Below, piece by piece: positions 31,978 to 42,632 of a stretch of 64,000 bases of DNA. The first letter of the stretch is position 1. The number at the start of each line of letters is the position of its first letter. Below the pieces are notes generated by a model, which did not search any database, was not told where the DNA came from, and was given only the letters and a program-made list of their open reading frames with translations. This DNA is from Thermoplasmata archaeon (lineage in GTDB: Archaea > Thermoplasmatota > Thermoplasmata > Lutacidiplasmatales > SKW197), in NCBI GenBank assembly GCA_038874435.1, contig JAVZCK010000008.1, forward strand, positions 9,705 through 73,704. Direction: 5' to 3'. The translations under genes were made by a program, and so were the position numbers.

Positions 31978-32700
31978 ATGCACAGATTTAGAGTAAGAAA
32001 AATAAAGAAGAGCAAGAATGGTGCAATTGGCATAGGGACGCTGATAGTATTTATCGCAATGATACTCGTGGCTGCAATAGCCGCTGCAGTGATAATCTCA
32101 GCAGTGTTCTCACTCCAGCAGCAAGCAGAAAATGCAGCTGCAGGTGCCCAGAACAAGGTGAGTAATGCATTGCAGGTGAGAATAATTGAAGGTGTTAGAA
32201 CTGGCACACCCCTTAGCAACACAATTGATTATCTTCAGATTCAGGTCGCCCTTGCGCCTGGCAGCAATCCAATCAACATGGCGGATGTGATAATTAAAAT
32301 TGTGACAGCTAATAAGGAAACGGAACTCTCACTTAACCAGTATGTTTTTCCTGGTCCCAACCCTGAAACCCAGTCATTGACAGATGCACTGGCTCTCCAG
32401 CTTGCAGATGGAACACACTATGCGGCTGAGGAAGTTCCAGGTGGACAGGACAACAGTGGCTGGGACCCCTACACCACACCCTCTCATCCTAATCCATCTT
32501 ATTTCCTTGCCGAAGGGAATGTTCTGAAAATCTGGATTGACTTGAGAGCTTCACCTGAGGGAATCGGTTCTCCACTATCTCCATCCACTTACTGCAAGGT
32601 CTCCTTCATCATAACTACTGGTGGCTTCGATACATTTGAAACCTTCACAACACCGCCCTCCTATGATACTGCGCCGATAATAGATTTAACATACAGATGA
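31978..32700 (+). CDS. arlB: Archaellin
   Basis: KNG|AIGIGTLIVFIAMILVAAIAA; GGAGGTGA RBS. Confidence 0.93.
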   Translation: MHRFRVRKIKKSKNGAIGIGTLIVFIAMILVAAIAAAVIISAVFSLQQQAENAAAGAQNKVSNALQVRIIEGVRTGTPLSNTIDYLQIQVALAPGSNPINMADVIIKIVTANKETELSLNQYVFPGPNPETQSLTDALALQLADGTHYAAEEVPGGQDNSGWDPYTTPSHPNPSYFLAEGNVLKIWIDLRASPEGIGSPLSPSTYCKVSFIITTGGFDTFETFTTPPSYDTAPIIDLTYR

Positions 32701-34082
32701 GGTGGAAAATGTCTCCGCTCTTCAAGAAGAAGCAGAAGGAGGAAGGTTCCGCCCAACAAAAACAGGGTATAGAGCAAAGTCTCGAGAAGCCGACTGAGGG
32801 AATCTGTGCAAAGTGTGGCAGCACAAAGCTAAGCTTCTTTGATGATGGCACTGGTAAATGCAACAACTGCGGCAGGACTTTTAACTGGAAGGCTGCACTT
32901 GCCTCGCCTCCAGCACCACAGCAGTTAGAGCCTGTTCAACATCCACAATCAGCTTCGCAACAGCCATCTGCCCAGTTCATAGAATCACCCCAGAATGTTT
33001 CGCAACCACTATCACAGCCCACCCCTGTTGAAAACCCCCAGTTGAATGCACAGACAGTCGTAGAACCCCTACCTCCATCCCCACCGCCTGCAGAGACACA
33101 AAAGGACAACGACGGAGGTTCTGTGTCCACATTTCCCAACCCAGCACTTCCATTGCCTCCTTCACCTGAGATACCTCAGCAACCAGTTCAGCCAATAGTC
33201 ACGCCATCAATCCAGACAGAAGGGGGATTCAGAAGAAGTGAGAGAATTGAGGAGGCACTGGTGGATTTGAAAAATCGTGTGGAAAGGATAAACGATGCCA
33301 ATGAACGCTACAGACTTGAGATAAACGAGATAAAAGAAAGCATTGCTAGAATAGAGAGCAGGTTACACGAACTTACCGCACTTTATGATGCAATCTCAGC
33401 GCAGTTCAACCCGTTCATTGATGTTCAGATAAAACGGGAGACGGTCCAGAGTACAGAGACTACGCCAGAAAAGATTGGTGAGGAACTGAGTGATGCTGTG
33501 ATTCTAGACAAGGTTGCCTGCCCAAAGTGTGGAGAACTTATTCCAGAGGATGCGAAGATCTGCCCCAAATGTGGGACAATTCTGGAGGTTTCTTCAACAC
33601 AATCAATGCCCTCTAATGAGGCACCTCTGCAGGCACTTCCGCAAGTTCCAATGTTTCCACAACAGCCAATGTTTGTCCAGCAACTGCAAAGTTCTCCTCA
33701 AAGGTTCACCCCACTTCTTCAGAGTATTGGGACAGATTACAGGAGTTCTTTGCTTGCAATGAGATGGATTGAGTATCTGCTTGACAGAGTTGATTTGAAC
33801 GAACTCCCACAGGTGCTTGATTATTATAGGAAAATTAACTGGATAAGTAACGAAGTTAAGGCCGACATTCTCTGGAAAATAAAGGGAATAAAAATTGAGA
33901 AAAAACCCTCAAAACCGGAAACAAAAGATGGCTGGCGGCTTTCAATAAATGACCACCTGAAAACCCTGATGTTCATTGAAATGCTCAGAGGCACCCAGCT
34001 GGATAAACAGAATCTGGAGGAATTGGAAAAGGAAATGGAGAAGTTGAAAAAAAGCAATTTGGAGGATTTTTATGGGTTATAG
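32697..34082 (+). CDS. Fused ArlC/D/E-like archaellum switch protein with two zinc ribbons (start may be 32709)
   Basis: Coiled coil ending LYDAISAQFNPF (FlaC-like); C-terminal WIEYL...LDYY..INWIS...DHLKTLMFIE (FlaD/E-like); operon position. Confidence 0.82.
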   Translation: MRWKMSPLFKKKQKEEGSAQQKQGIEQSLEKPTEGICAKCGSTKLSFFDDGTGKCNNCGRTFNWKAALASPPAPQQLEPVQHPQSASQQPSAQFIESPQNVSQPLSQPTPVENPQLNAQTVVEPLPPSPPPAETQKDNDGGSVSTFPNPALPLPPSPEIPQQPVQPIVTPSIQTEGGFRRSERIEEALVDLKNRVERINDANERYRLEINEIKESIARIESRLHELTALYDAISAQFNPFIDVQIKRETVQSTETTPEKIGEELSDAVILDKVACPKCGELIPEDAKICPKCGTILEVSSTQSMPSNEAPLQALPQVPMFPQQPMFVQQLQSSPQRFTPLLQSIGTDYRSSLLAMRWIEYLLDRVDLNELPQVLDYYRKINWISNEVKADILWKIKGIKIEKKPSKPETKDGWRLSINDHLKTLMFIEMLRGTQLDKQNLEELEKEMEKLKKSNLEDFYGL

Positions 34083-34491
34083 CGTGGCTGTTGCCTCAGC
34101 CATACTGTTTACTTCTCTTCTCCTTTCGTTTTCATTCATATATATGGGTGTCAATTTCTCAATAGATGCACTTGAGCATGGTTTCAATGAAGGGCTTTCA
34201 GTAAGAGATGCAAAACTTCACACCCTAATTTCTGTTTATGCCTCAAATCTGAGTATGCCCGAAAGTGAGATAGTGCTTTTCAATAGCGGTAGCACAGAGA
34301 TTCGGGTGACAACCCTTAACATCATTGTCAACGGAATCCTTATCACTCAAAACCTTACGATGACTGTAGAAGGAAAAACTACCGAGTTTTGGTATCCTGG
34401 TGAATATCTGAAGGTTCAGATAAGCAACTTGACATACATCCCCGAGAAAGTAAAAATTGTATCTGGAAACGGAAGTTACGCTCTGATATAA
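34072..34491 (+). CDS. arlF: Archaellum stator protein ArlF
   Basis: MGYSVAVASAILF, NSGST, WYPGE; operon position. Confidence 0.85.
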   Translation: MGYSVAVASAILFTSLLLSFSFIYMGVNFSIDALEHGFNEGLSVRDAKLHTLISVYASNLSMPESEIVLFNSGSTEIRVTTLNIIVNGILITQNLTMTVEGKTTEFWYPGEYLKVQISNLTYIPEKVKIVSGNGSYALI

Positions 34492-34505
34492 GTGGTGAGA
34501 AAAAA

Positions 34506-35003
34506 ATGCCCGCAAACGCAGCTTCGCACACAATATTTTTCATAGGTGCGCTTGTAGTGTCGAGCATTCTATCTGCTGTATTCATAGGTGTCTCTCTACA
34601 GCTCAAGGATGGGATTGAGGCGAGAAGCGATGCCTTAAACAAACAGTTGAGGACAAGCATAGAGATAATAAATGACCCAAGACAGATGCCCTATGATTCA
34701 AATAATTCTGAACTTGTTCTATACATAAAAAACACTGGCTCAACAACAATCTCTGTTGTAACATTAACAATTGAAATTAATGGAACTCTATATGGTTACA
34801 CATCTGGCTCTGCATCTGGAACAACATTCAACGACACGCAGCTTATCTCACCTACAGGCATTCAAGAGTGGATACCTGAGTCCACACTGATGGTGAAGGT
34901 AAAACTGGTTAGCCCTCTCATTCCTGGGAGTTCATGTCTGGTTAAGGCGACTGTAGAGTATGGTGCCTCTTGCACATTCTCCTTCCGTGTGGTGGGCCCA
35001 TGA
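34506..35003 (+). CDS. arlG: Archaellum protein ArlG
   Basis: SHTIFFIGALVV, TSIEIINDP, YIKNTGS. Confidence 0.88.
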   Translation: MPANAASHTIFFIGALVVSSILSAVFIGVSLQLKDGIEARSDALNKQLRTSIEIINDPRQMPYDSNNSELVLYIKNTGSTTISVVTLTIEINGTLYGYTSGSASGTTFNDTQLISPTGIQEWIPESTLMVKVKLVSPLIPGSSCLVKATVEYGASCTFSFRVVGP

Positions 35004-35698
35004 ATGGAAAGGTATTCTCAATTGAAATTCCAAGAGATGGACTTCACAGAAGGCTAGGAGGAGGTTTACCTGTGGGCACAATAACAGCGATAACTGGTAA
35101 ACATGGGAGTGGAAAAAGTGCAATTGTTCAGCGGATCCTGTATGGACTACTTAAAAACAACTACAATGTCACATACATTTCCACAGAACTCACCACAAAG
35201 GGTTTGATAGACCAAATGGAATCACTTGACTATCAGATCCTTGAGTATCTCACATCTAAACATTTGCTTTTTATCCCTGTTTTTCCTTTGATTGGCAAGA
35301 GCATTCCAAGGAAGGATTTCTTAACAAGGTTGATGGCTGCAAAGAAATTATTTGAAAGTAATATTTGCATAATTGACACATTTTCTGCACTTGTAAAAGA
35401 CCAGCTCACCCCAGAATCTGCCATTGATGTGATGGCATTTTTCAAGAAAATTGTGGCGGGAAGTAAGGCAGTAATCCTTACGATTGAGGATGGAGAGCTA
35501 ACGAAGGAGGTTGAAAATGCAATTTTTTCCGCGGTGGACATTCTCATTGAAATTGAAAGGAGCTTTGGCGAGGGCGAAATCCAGAGGGTGATGACAATAA
35601 CTAGATACACAAACGCTCAGGACTATGTTGGTAGTGTGATAGGTTTCAGGGTCGAGGCAAAACGAGGCATAATTGTTGATATAACTACGGTGGCTTAG
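35000..35698 (+). CDS. arlH: Archaellum RecA/KaiC-like protein ArlH
   Basis: LGGGLP.G, GKHGSGKS, YISTE, IIDT, IGFRVE; ATGA overlap with arlG. Confidence 0.92.
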   Translation: MNGKVFSIEIPRDGLHRRLGGGLPVGTITAITGKHGSGKSAIVQRILYGLLKNNYNVTYISTELTTKGLIDQMESLDYQILEYLTSKHLLFIPVFPLIGKSIPRKDFLTRLMAAKKLFESNICIIDTFSALVKDQLTPESAIDVMAFFKKIVAGSKAVILTIEDGELTKEVENAIFSAVDILIEIERSFGEGEIQRVMTITRYTNAQDYVGSVIGFRVEAKRGIIVDITTVA

Positions 35699-35699
35699 T

Positions 35700-37361
35700 A
35701 TGGCTACACTTGAAGAAGTTATTGCAAAAAATCCGCATCTTGGTAAATATCTAGAAAGTTTGGCAGCCAAGGGCTTCCCAAAACCTGTATTTCTTGAACG
35801 ACTTGGTGAAGAGGTATCTCGATTGAAGAATCCGAACATAATTTATCCAGTAGGTGACCCAATATTCATACATCTCTATAGGCCAAACGGATATTATTAT
35901 GTGGTAATTGAGCCCCCACTTCCACCAGAAACTGAAGCAAAATACAATCAGATTCTTGAACTCATGCTCAAGTATGCTACCAGATTCGAAGAAACACCTG
36001 AAAAGAAGGAAGAATTTGAACTTCTGATTGACAAACTGATTAACCGAATCACCTCTGTAGAGGAAAAGGAGAAGCGGAAATTTTTCAGAAAATTTGAATT
36101 TGAAAAAATTCCTGTTACACCCCAGGAACTGGAGGTGCTGAGATACCATATCAAGAAGAACATTCTTGAAAACGGAAAAATTGAACCTCTCATCAGAGAC
36201 CCCTACATTGAAGACATTCACTGTGTTGGTACCACTGAAATCCACATCACCCACAAACTTTTCGGGATGCTTGCAACCAACCTCCAGTTTGCAAAAATCG
36301 GGGAAATTGATGAGTTTCTGCGTAACATGACTGAGCGAATTGGTCATCCTGTAAGTGATGCCCGTCCTGTTGTTGACGCTGCCCTGCCAGATGGTTCCAG
36401 GTTGAATGTGGTCTATAGTGAAGATGTGAGCATGCGGGGTCCAAGCTTCACAATCAGAAAATTTTCTGAAAAACCATACACACTTCCAAGGCTTGTAGCA
36501 TGGAATACGCTGAGTGCAGAAATGGCTGGTTTTCTCTGGCTCTGTGTAGAAAATGGAATAAATGCGTTTGTGTGTGGTGAGACAGCATCTGGCAAGACCA
36601 CAACATTGAATGCGCTCATTCCGTTCATAAACCACAAATACAAGGTGTATTCTGCAGAAGATACACCAGAAATCATTTCGCCTCACAAGGTCTGGCAGAG
36701 AATGCTCACACGAGAGAGTGTTCAGGAAAGTGCAAGGGTTGAGATGTATGACTTGCTCAGGGCAGCCCTGAGAAGCAGGCCGAACTTCATAATCGTGGGT
36801 GAGATAAGAGGAAAGGAGGGTTTTGTGGCCTTCCAGGCAATGCAGACAGGCCACTATGTGCTTTCTACCTTCCATGCACCCTCTGTGAAGCAATTAATCC
36901 AGAGATTCATAGGAGAGCCAATTAACATTCCTGAGCGATTTATGGACAACCTGAATCTTGTCGTTTTCCAGCAAAATGTTTACGAGGGGGGCAGAGTGAT
37001 GCGCAGATGCATTTCCATAGACGAAATTCTAAAATACTCAAAGGAGAAGGGCGGTGTGTTAACCCGAAACATGTTCATGTGGGAGCCAGACAGGGACCAG
37101 TTCTTCTTCAACGGCATCAACAACTCCTACATTCTCGAGGAAAAGATTGCTCCGAGATTGAAATACAAGGATAAGGCAGCGATATACAGGGACCTGGAGG
37201 CAAGAGCGACAGCAATCCAGAAACTTGTAGAAGCAAAGGTGTTTGATTACGATGTACTTAACCGAATTCTGGATGAATACTTTGAGAGGAACATTGATAG
37301 TATAAGGAATCCTGCTGAATTTTTGCGGGAGTTTGACAGATTAATCAAGGCGGTCACATGA
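35700..37361 (+). CDS. arlI: Archaellum motor ATPase ArlI
   Basis: NIIYPVGDPIFIH, GETASGKTT, LRSRPNFIIVGEIRG, AMQTGH. Confidence 0.96.
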   Translation: MATLEEVIAKNPHLGKYLESLAAKGFPKPVFLERLGEEVSRLKNPNIIYPVGDPIFIHLYRPNGYYYVVIEPPLPPETEAKYNQILELMLKYATRFEETPEKKEEFELLIDKLINRITSVEEKEKRKFFRKFEFEKIPVTPQELEVLRYHIKKNILENGKIEPLIRDPYIEDIHCVGTTEIHITHKLFGMLATNLQFAKIGEIDEFLRNMTERIGHPVSDARPVVDAALPDGSRLNVVYSEDVSMRGPSFTIRKFSEKPYTLPRLVAWNTLSAEMAGFLWLCVENGINAFVCGETASGKTTTLNALIPFINHKYKVYSAEDTPEIISPHKVWQRMLTRESVQESARVEMYDLLRAALRSRPNFIIVGEIRGKEGFVAFQAMQTGHYVLSTFHAPSVKQLIQRFIGEPINIPERFMDNLNLVVFQQNVYEGGRVMRRCISIDEILKYSKEKGGVLTRNMFMWEPDRDQFFFNGINNSYILEEKIAPRLKYKDKAAIYRDLEARATAIQKLVEAKVFDYDVLNRILDEYFERNIDSIRNPAEFLREFDRLIKAVT

Positions 37362-39025
37362 TTGATAGAATAAGAAAAGCGTATCTCTGGATGGAAATTT
37401 CGCCAAAGGACTACATCCTCACAAGAATTCTCCCTGTGTTCATTTTCAGCACAGTTTTCATACTCTCAATTGTGATTCTGCAGCCAGCAATTCTTCAGGA
37501 CATGCTCTACTATCTCCTTTTCGTGGCTGTCCCTCTATTTATCTGCATTTATGTGGTAATTCACCCCCTTGTTATCTACGAACGGCTGGGCAAATCTATA
37601 GATGAAGACATGCACCTTTTTGTGACGAGGCTTGGTGTACTCTCAGTTGCCTATGTCTCAAGAAAGGAAATGTTTGACATTCTCGGGGAGATGAAGGAAT
37701 ACAGGGCGCTGGCAAGAGAGGTGAAAAAAGTTTACGACTTAATGAGCAAGTGGAACATCGCACTCCAGAGGGCATGTAGATTGGTTGCAGAGATGACACC
37801 GAGTGTGCTTTTCTCGGATTTTCTCACAAGAATGGCTCATGCGATTGAGACGGGAGAGAGTGCTGAGAAGTTTGCAGAAAATGAGCAAAAAGCCACGATG
37901 GAAGAATTCGTGGTGAAATACAGGGCAAGTTTGGGTGCTGTGGAAATAATGAACGAGGTCTTCATTTCTTTTGCTGTAGTTGTTATTTTTATTTTCGTGT
38001 TTGTGTTTATTCTTCCCTTTCTAGTTGGTGAGAATGCAATTTATCTGCTTGCAGGTGCCGGGCTTCTCTTTGTGCTGGGAGAAATTTTTTTCCTCTACTT
38101 CTTTGCTACTGTTGTGCCTGGAGAGCACATCTGGCAGACATCTGGAACAGAGACAGAGAGAGAGCAGAAACTTAAAAGAGCATTACTTTACACAGCTCTA
38201 GCATCTGGTCTCCTCATACTTCCTTCTACCTTCCTTTACCTTTTCTTCGCAATCCCGCTATACATTCTCGTTCCGCTCATATTTTCACCGCTTGCGCTAA
38301 CTGGATATCTTGCGGACAAGGAAGAAGAAATCATTATCAGAAGGGATGAGAATTTTCCTTCATTTATCCGCTCCCTTGGAAGTTCTGCAGGTGCAATGGG
38401 AAAGGAAACGACCTATGCCCTTAAAAAGCTCCGCCAGTATAGATTTGGCCCGCTCACAAAAAACATAGATGACCTTTACAAACGCCTTAACCTCAGAATT
38501 AACAAGAGTTTGGCATGGAAGCTTTTTGGAATAGAGAGCGGGAGCGATTTGATTTCAAAGTTTAATGCATTGTATGTTGAAGGCACGCACATTGGTGGGA
38601 ATCCAAAACAAATCAGCCAGATTATCAGCGACAATTTTCTCACAATTGTGGGCTTGAGAAAACACAAGTACCAGGTGAGTGCTACTACCTCTGGAATTCT
38701 CTATGGGCTTACTGCAGGCATAACATTTCCGCTCTACATCTCGCTCTATCTCTCAAACTGGATTCAGCGACTGATGAATTCAGTGGCACCACCAGAGGAA
38801 TACCCTTTTCTAAATATTCTGCACGGCACTGTGTTTGACACATTCTGGCTCACTGTAATCTGTCTTTTCGTGGTTTGCGTCCACTCCTTTCTCTCTGCGT
38901 ACATGCTCAAAATTTTGAAGGGCAGTCATCCCTATGTCATGCTTAAACACTACTGCATAATGCTCTGGATTTCTGGCATCACAGCAGCAATTTCAATCTA
39001 CATGATGCAGATGCTTTTGCCGTGA
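37358..39025 (+). CDS. arlJ: Archaellum membrane platform ArlJ
   Basis: Polytopic T2SS-F-like protein; RRDENFPSFIRSLG; follows arlI. Confidence 0.93.
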   Translation: MIDRIRKAYLWMEISPKDYILTRILPVFIFSTVFILSIVILQPAILQDMLYYLLFVAVPLFICIYVVIHPLVIYERLGKSIDEDMHLFVTRLGVLSVAYVSRKEMFDILGEMKEYRALAREVKKVYDLMSKWNIALQRACRLVAEMTPSVLFSDFLTRMAHAIETGESAEKFAENEQKATMEEFVVKYRASLGAVEIMNEVFISFAVVVIFIFVFVFILPFLVGENAIYLLAGAGLLFVLGEIFFLYFFATVVPGEHIWQTSGTETEREQKLKRALLYTALASGLLILPSTFLYLFFAIPLYILVPLIFSPLALTGYLADKEEEIIIRRDENFPSFIRSLGSSAGAMGKETTYALKKLRQYRFGPLTKNIDDLYKRLNLRINKSLAWKLFGIESGSDLISKFNALYVEGTHIGGNPKQISQIISDNFLTIVGLRKHKYQVSATTSGILYGLTAGITFPLYISLYLSNWIQRLMNSVAPPEEYPFLNILHGTVFDTFWLTVICLFVVCVHSFLSAYMLKILKGSHPYVMLKHYCIMLWISGITAAISIYMMQMLLP

Positions 39026-39065
39026 GAGGAGTAAAGAGTTTTTATATCCCGAAGTAATTCCCGTC

Positions 39066-39925
<860 letters not shown>

Positions 39926-39929
<4 letters not shown>

Positions 39930-40936
39930 GCTCTTCTCCCCACTATTGGGCGGTGGGGAGGCACATACTTTATTTTTGGGAGTACCTCATTATCTAACAC
40001 AACGATTTCCCCAAAATAGGCATCCACAATTTTTGAGCCACGCTTAATCTCCCTTCGCACCTTTTCTACATCCATCTTTGAAAACAACAGAAGACACTGG
40101 TCTGTAGCTTCCTCCTTCAGTAATTCTAACAACTCAAGAGCACTTGCATTCCTGTTTGTAAACACAACTGGTGTAATTGCAAATGTGAGAGAGTATTCGC
40201 TTACATTCTCACCCTCAAAAACAAATCTTATTCGATTTTCCTTGACACTGGCTTCACTTGGGTATGCCAGATTGATTTCGCATTTTTCGTATATTTCGTC
40301 AGGATACATTTCAATGTCCTTCAACTCCCGCATGAAAATTGTCTCCACGCGCTCAACTATTCTATTCCTCGCATCAATTACAGCTTCTCTCAGCGACACG
40401 GTCTCGTCAAACTTAATCTCAAATCGCATCTTAGTATAGAACTGTGTCAGTTTGTTTTTATAACTGTAGTTTTCCACAAGCTTCGGATGTATCTGGACTG
40501 AGCCCTTCGAAGAGTACAGAAAACAGCCAAGAGAGTAGCCGTCTGTAACCACCGAGAGATAGCTCTTTTTCATCGAGGCACGGGAGGAGAGCATGTGGTC
40601 ATCGATCTCGCTGTGGAACATTGGCGTTGTTTCAGCACCCATTGTAGCTTCAAGGTAGTCGTCCCTGAATGGATGAGAATGATAAAGCCCCACAATCCCA
40701 ACCTTCCTTGGGTAGCTCATTGCCAGGTTCATTTCCTCCACAGGACTTGCTTCGGCACCATACTTTGACTGCGAGATGTACTGGGTCGCGGGCACTGCAT
40801 CAAGCACAAACACATCATCATTATCAAAGAATCCCACGAGCCAGCCCACCACCTCAAACCCATGTGCCTTTGCCTGCTCTAAGGCATGGTTCAGAATTTT
40901 TTCCTTCGCTGTATTCATCAACACAATTTCAGCCAT
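39926..40936 (-). CDS. JAMM/MPN+ (JAB) metalloprotease with long C-terminal extension
   Basis: E28 (FEVVGWLVG), H86-S-H88-P, S109-x-x-D112. Confidence 0.85.
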
Positions 40937-40937
40937 T

Positions 40938-41765
40938 TCACATCAACTTTTCAAAGAGTTCATCAATATTTTCTAGTTCCTCTAACTTCTTTTTATCAAT
41001 TTTTTCCTCGGATTTCTTACCACACACCCTGCATTTCGGATTTCTCTTCCAGTTCACCACATTCATTGTGCCATTTAATCCATCATAGATTATGTAGGGT
41101 ACGGTTTTCCCAAATCCGAGAAGAATTTTTAATGCTTCCTGGCATTCAAGGGCCGCAATAATTCCCATTGTGGTTGGTAGTGAAACTGCATGGCAGGTGC
41201 CTGTTTCATGTCCCTCTGTTTTCATAGGATAGTCAGTTTTCTGGCTCACCACATGGCACCTGTAGCATGCGGTTTTGCCTGGAATTATTGTGTGCACAGA
41301 ACCCCGAATTCCATCCAAACTCGTACCACCATCCACATATGTTTTTTTCAGTTCCACACACTTTGCATTTATGAACATGCGCACACCAAAACTATCCACA
41401 CAGCCGAGCACAATATCTGACCTTTCAACTTCGGCAACAAATGCCTCATAACCATCCCTTGTAATGTCAAGGGGATAGGGTAAAATCTCCACATCTGGGT
41501 TTACATGATTAAGATACTCTTTCAGTGCCTCCACCTTCTTCATCCCTACCTGCTCCATCCTGTATATCATCCTGTTCAAATTTTCCAAACCAAGAGTGTC
41601 ATAATCAAAGATTGCAATTTTGCCAGTGCCAAGTCTCGTCATGATATCTGCACAAACTGCACCCAATCCGCCAGCACCCACTATTAAAATTCTTTTCTCC
41701 CTCAACTTTTCCAATTTTGCATGCGGAAAAATTGCAAGGCGGGAGTAGCGTTCTGGTGTGGTCAT
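40938..41765 (-). CDS. UBA5-like E1 (ThiF/MoeB family) activating enzyme
   Basis: YSRL, GAGGLG, FDYD...NLNR, GCVDSF..RM, Zn sites CYRC and CRVC, GTC191HAVSLPTTMG, C-terminal ENIDELFEKLM. Confidence 0.88.
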   Translation of the reverse strand: MTTPERYSRLAIFPHAKLEKLREKRILIVGAGGLGAVCADIMTRLGTGKIAIFDYDTLGLENLNRMIYRMEQVGMKKVEALKEYLNHVNPDVEILPYPLDITRDGYEAFVAEVERSDIVLGCVDSFGVRMFINAKCVELKKTYVDGGTSLDGIRGSVHTIIPGKTACYRCHVVSQKTDYPMKTEGHETGTCHAVSLPTTMGIIAALECQEALKILLGFGKTVPYIIYDGLNGTMNVVNWKRNPKCRVCGKKSEEKIDKKKLEELENIDELFEKLM

Positions 41766-42250
41766 AAATATCCCTGTCTTATCGCCATTGTGAGCACGCT
41801 TTGAACCCAGTAAGAAACCTCACGTTTCAGGTATAGGGCAATGCTGCAGTGCTCGTTCCACCAGAAATTCTGTTCCATGTGCATATCGCAGATGCGCAGC
41901 CCGAGAACCTCATCCTCAAGCTTCCTGTCAGTGTAGTCAATAAGCACAGGCACTCTTGCTGCAGGTGGTGTGTGGGGGTAGGTTTTTTTCAGCACAAGTT
42001 CAATATCAAACTGATAGTTTTGTGCTGTTATAGTACCTTCCCATCTGGTTGCATCATCATTAACTGGCTTAATTGAAAACCATCTCGGATTTTCGCCCAC
42101 CTTTTCCCAATACTCAATATATTCTATAAGTTTCACCAGTGCATACTTCTCTTCCTTAACTCTGAGATTCCATTTTTTGTCGCCTGGGGAAGCAACTGTT
42201 GCACATTGCAGGAAGTGGAAGAGGTCTGGCTCTTTTGGAATGGCTCTCAC
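41762..42250 (-). CDS. UFC1-like E2 conjugating enzyme
   Basis: ASPGDKKWNLRVKEE, RWF, TRWEG, YQFDIEL...TYPHTPP..VP.L, RIC121DMH, C-terminal IRQGYL; collinear with eukaryotic UFC1 as recalled. Confidence 0.85.
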   Translation of the reverse strand: MRAIPKEPDLFHFLQCATVASPGDKKWNLRVKEEKYALVKLIEYIEYWEKVGENPRWFSIKPVNDDATRWEGTITAQNYQFDIELVLKKTYPHTPPAARVPVLIDYTDRKLEDEVLGLRICDMHMEQNFWWNEHCSIALYLKREVSYWVQSVLTMAIRQGYL

Positions 42251-42492
42251 CCTACAACTGATGGGTCTATTACATGAATCACCGTGTTTTTCTCAGCAAC
42301 CTCACCGACAGTTCCACCAGTTATGGGCGTTCCTGCTGGGTATGTGGCGCTCAGGATTGTCGGGTCTTTGTTCTGCTGTTTGGCTGCAATCACAAGTGCT
42401 TCCTGAAAGAGCATGCTATCTGGCACTTTCACAGTGACCACGGGTTTGTCGGGTTCACTTATAAATATGAATCTAAGTGTTACCACCGCCAT
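42247..42492 (-). CDS. UFM1-like ubiquitin-fold modifier (81 aa, ends in Val-Gly)
   Basis: MAVVTLRFIFISEPDKPVVTVKVPDSMLFQEALVIAAKQ...GTPITGGTVGEVAEK...IDPSVVG-stop; GGTGAT RBS before ATG 42492. Confidence 0.85.
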   Translation of the reverse strand: MAVVTLRFIFISEPDKPVVTVKVPDSMLFQEALVIAAKQQNKDPTILSATYPAGTPITGGTVGEVAEKNTVIHVIDPSVVG

Positions 42493-42523
42493 GCCTATCA
42501 CCATCACAGATATGGAGGAGGGG

Positions 42524-42530
42524 TATTTAT
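42524..42530 (-). promoter_or_regulatory. Putative TATA box of the UFM1-like operon
   Basis: ATAAATA on the minus strand about 30 nt upstream of ATG 42492. Confidence 0.5.
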
Positions 42531-42632
42531 GAGTTGTGGGAGGGGGGACTGTAATGTAAGTATCTCCGTATGTTCAAATCGCCATCAAAATTTTTAAATA
42601 CACTCTTGTAATCCCTCAAATCAGTGGTTAGC

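Noticed and set aside
35751..36893. 380-aa minus-strand ORF
   Set aside because: Antisense shadow of arlI.
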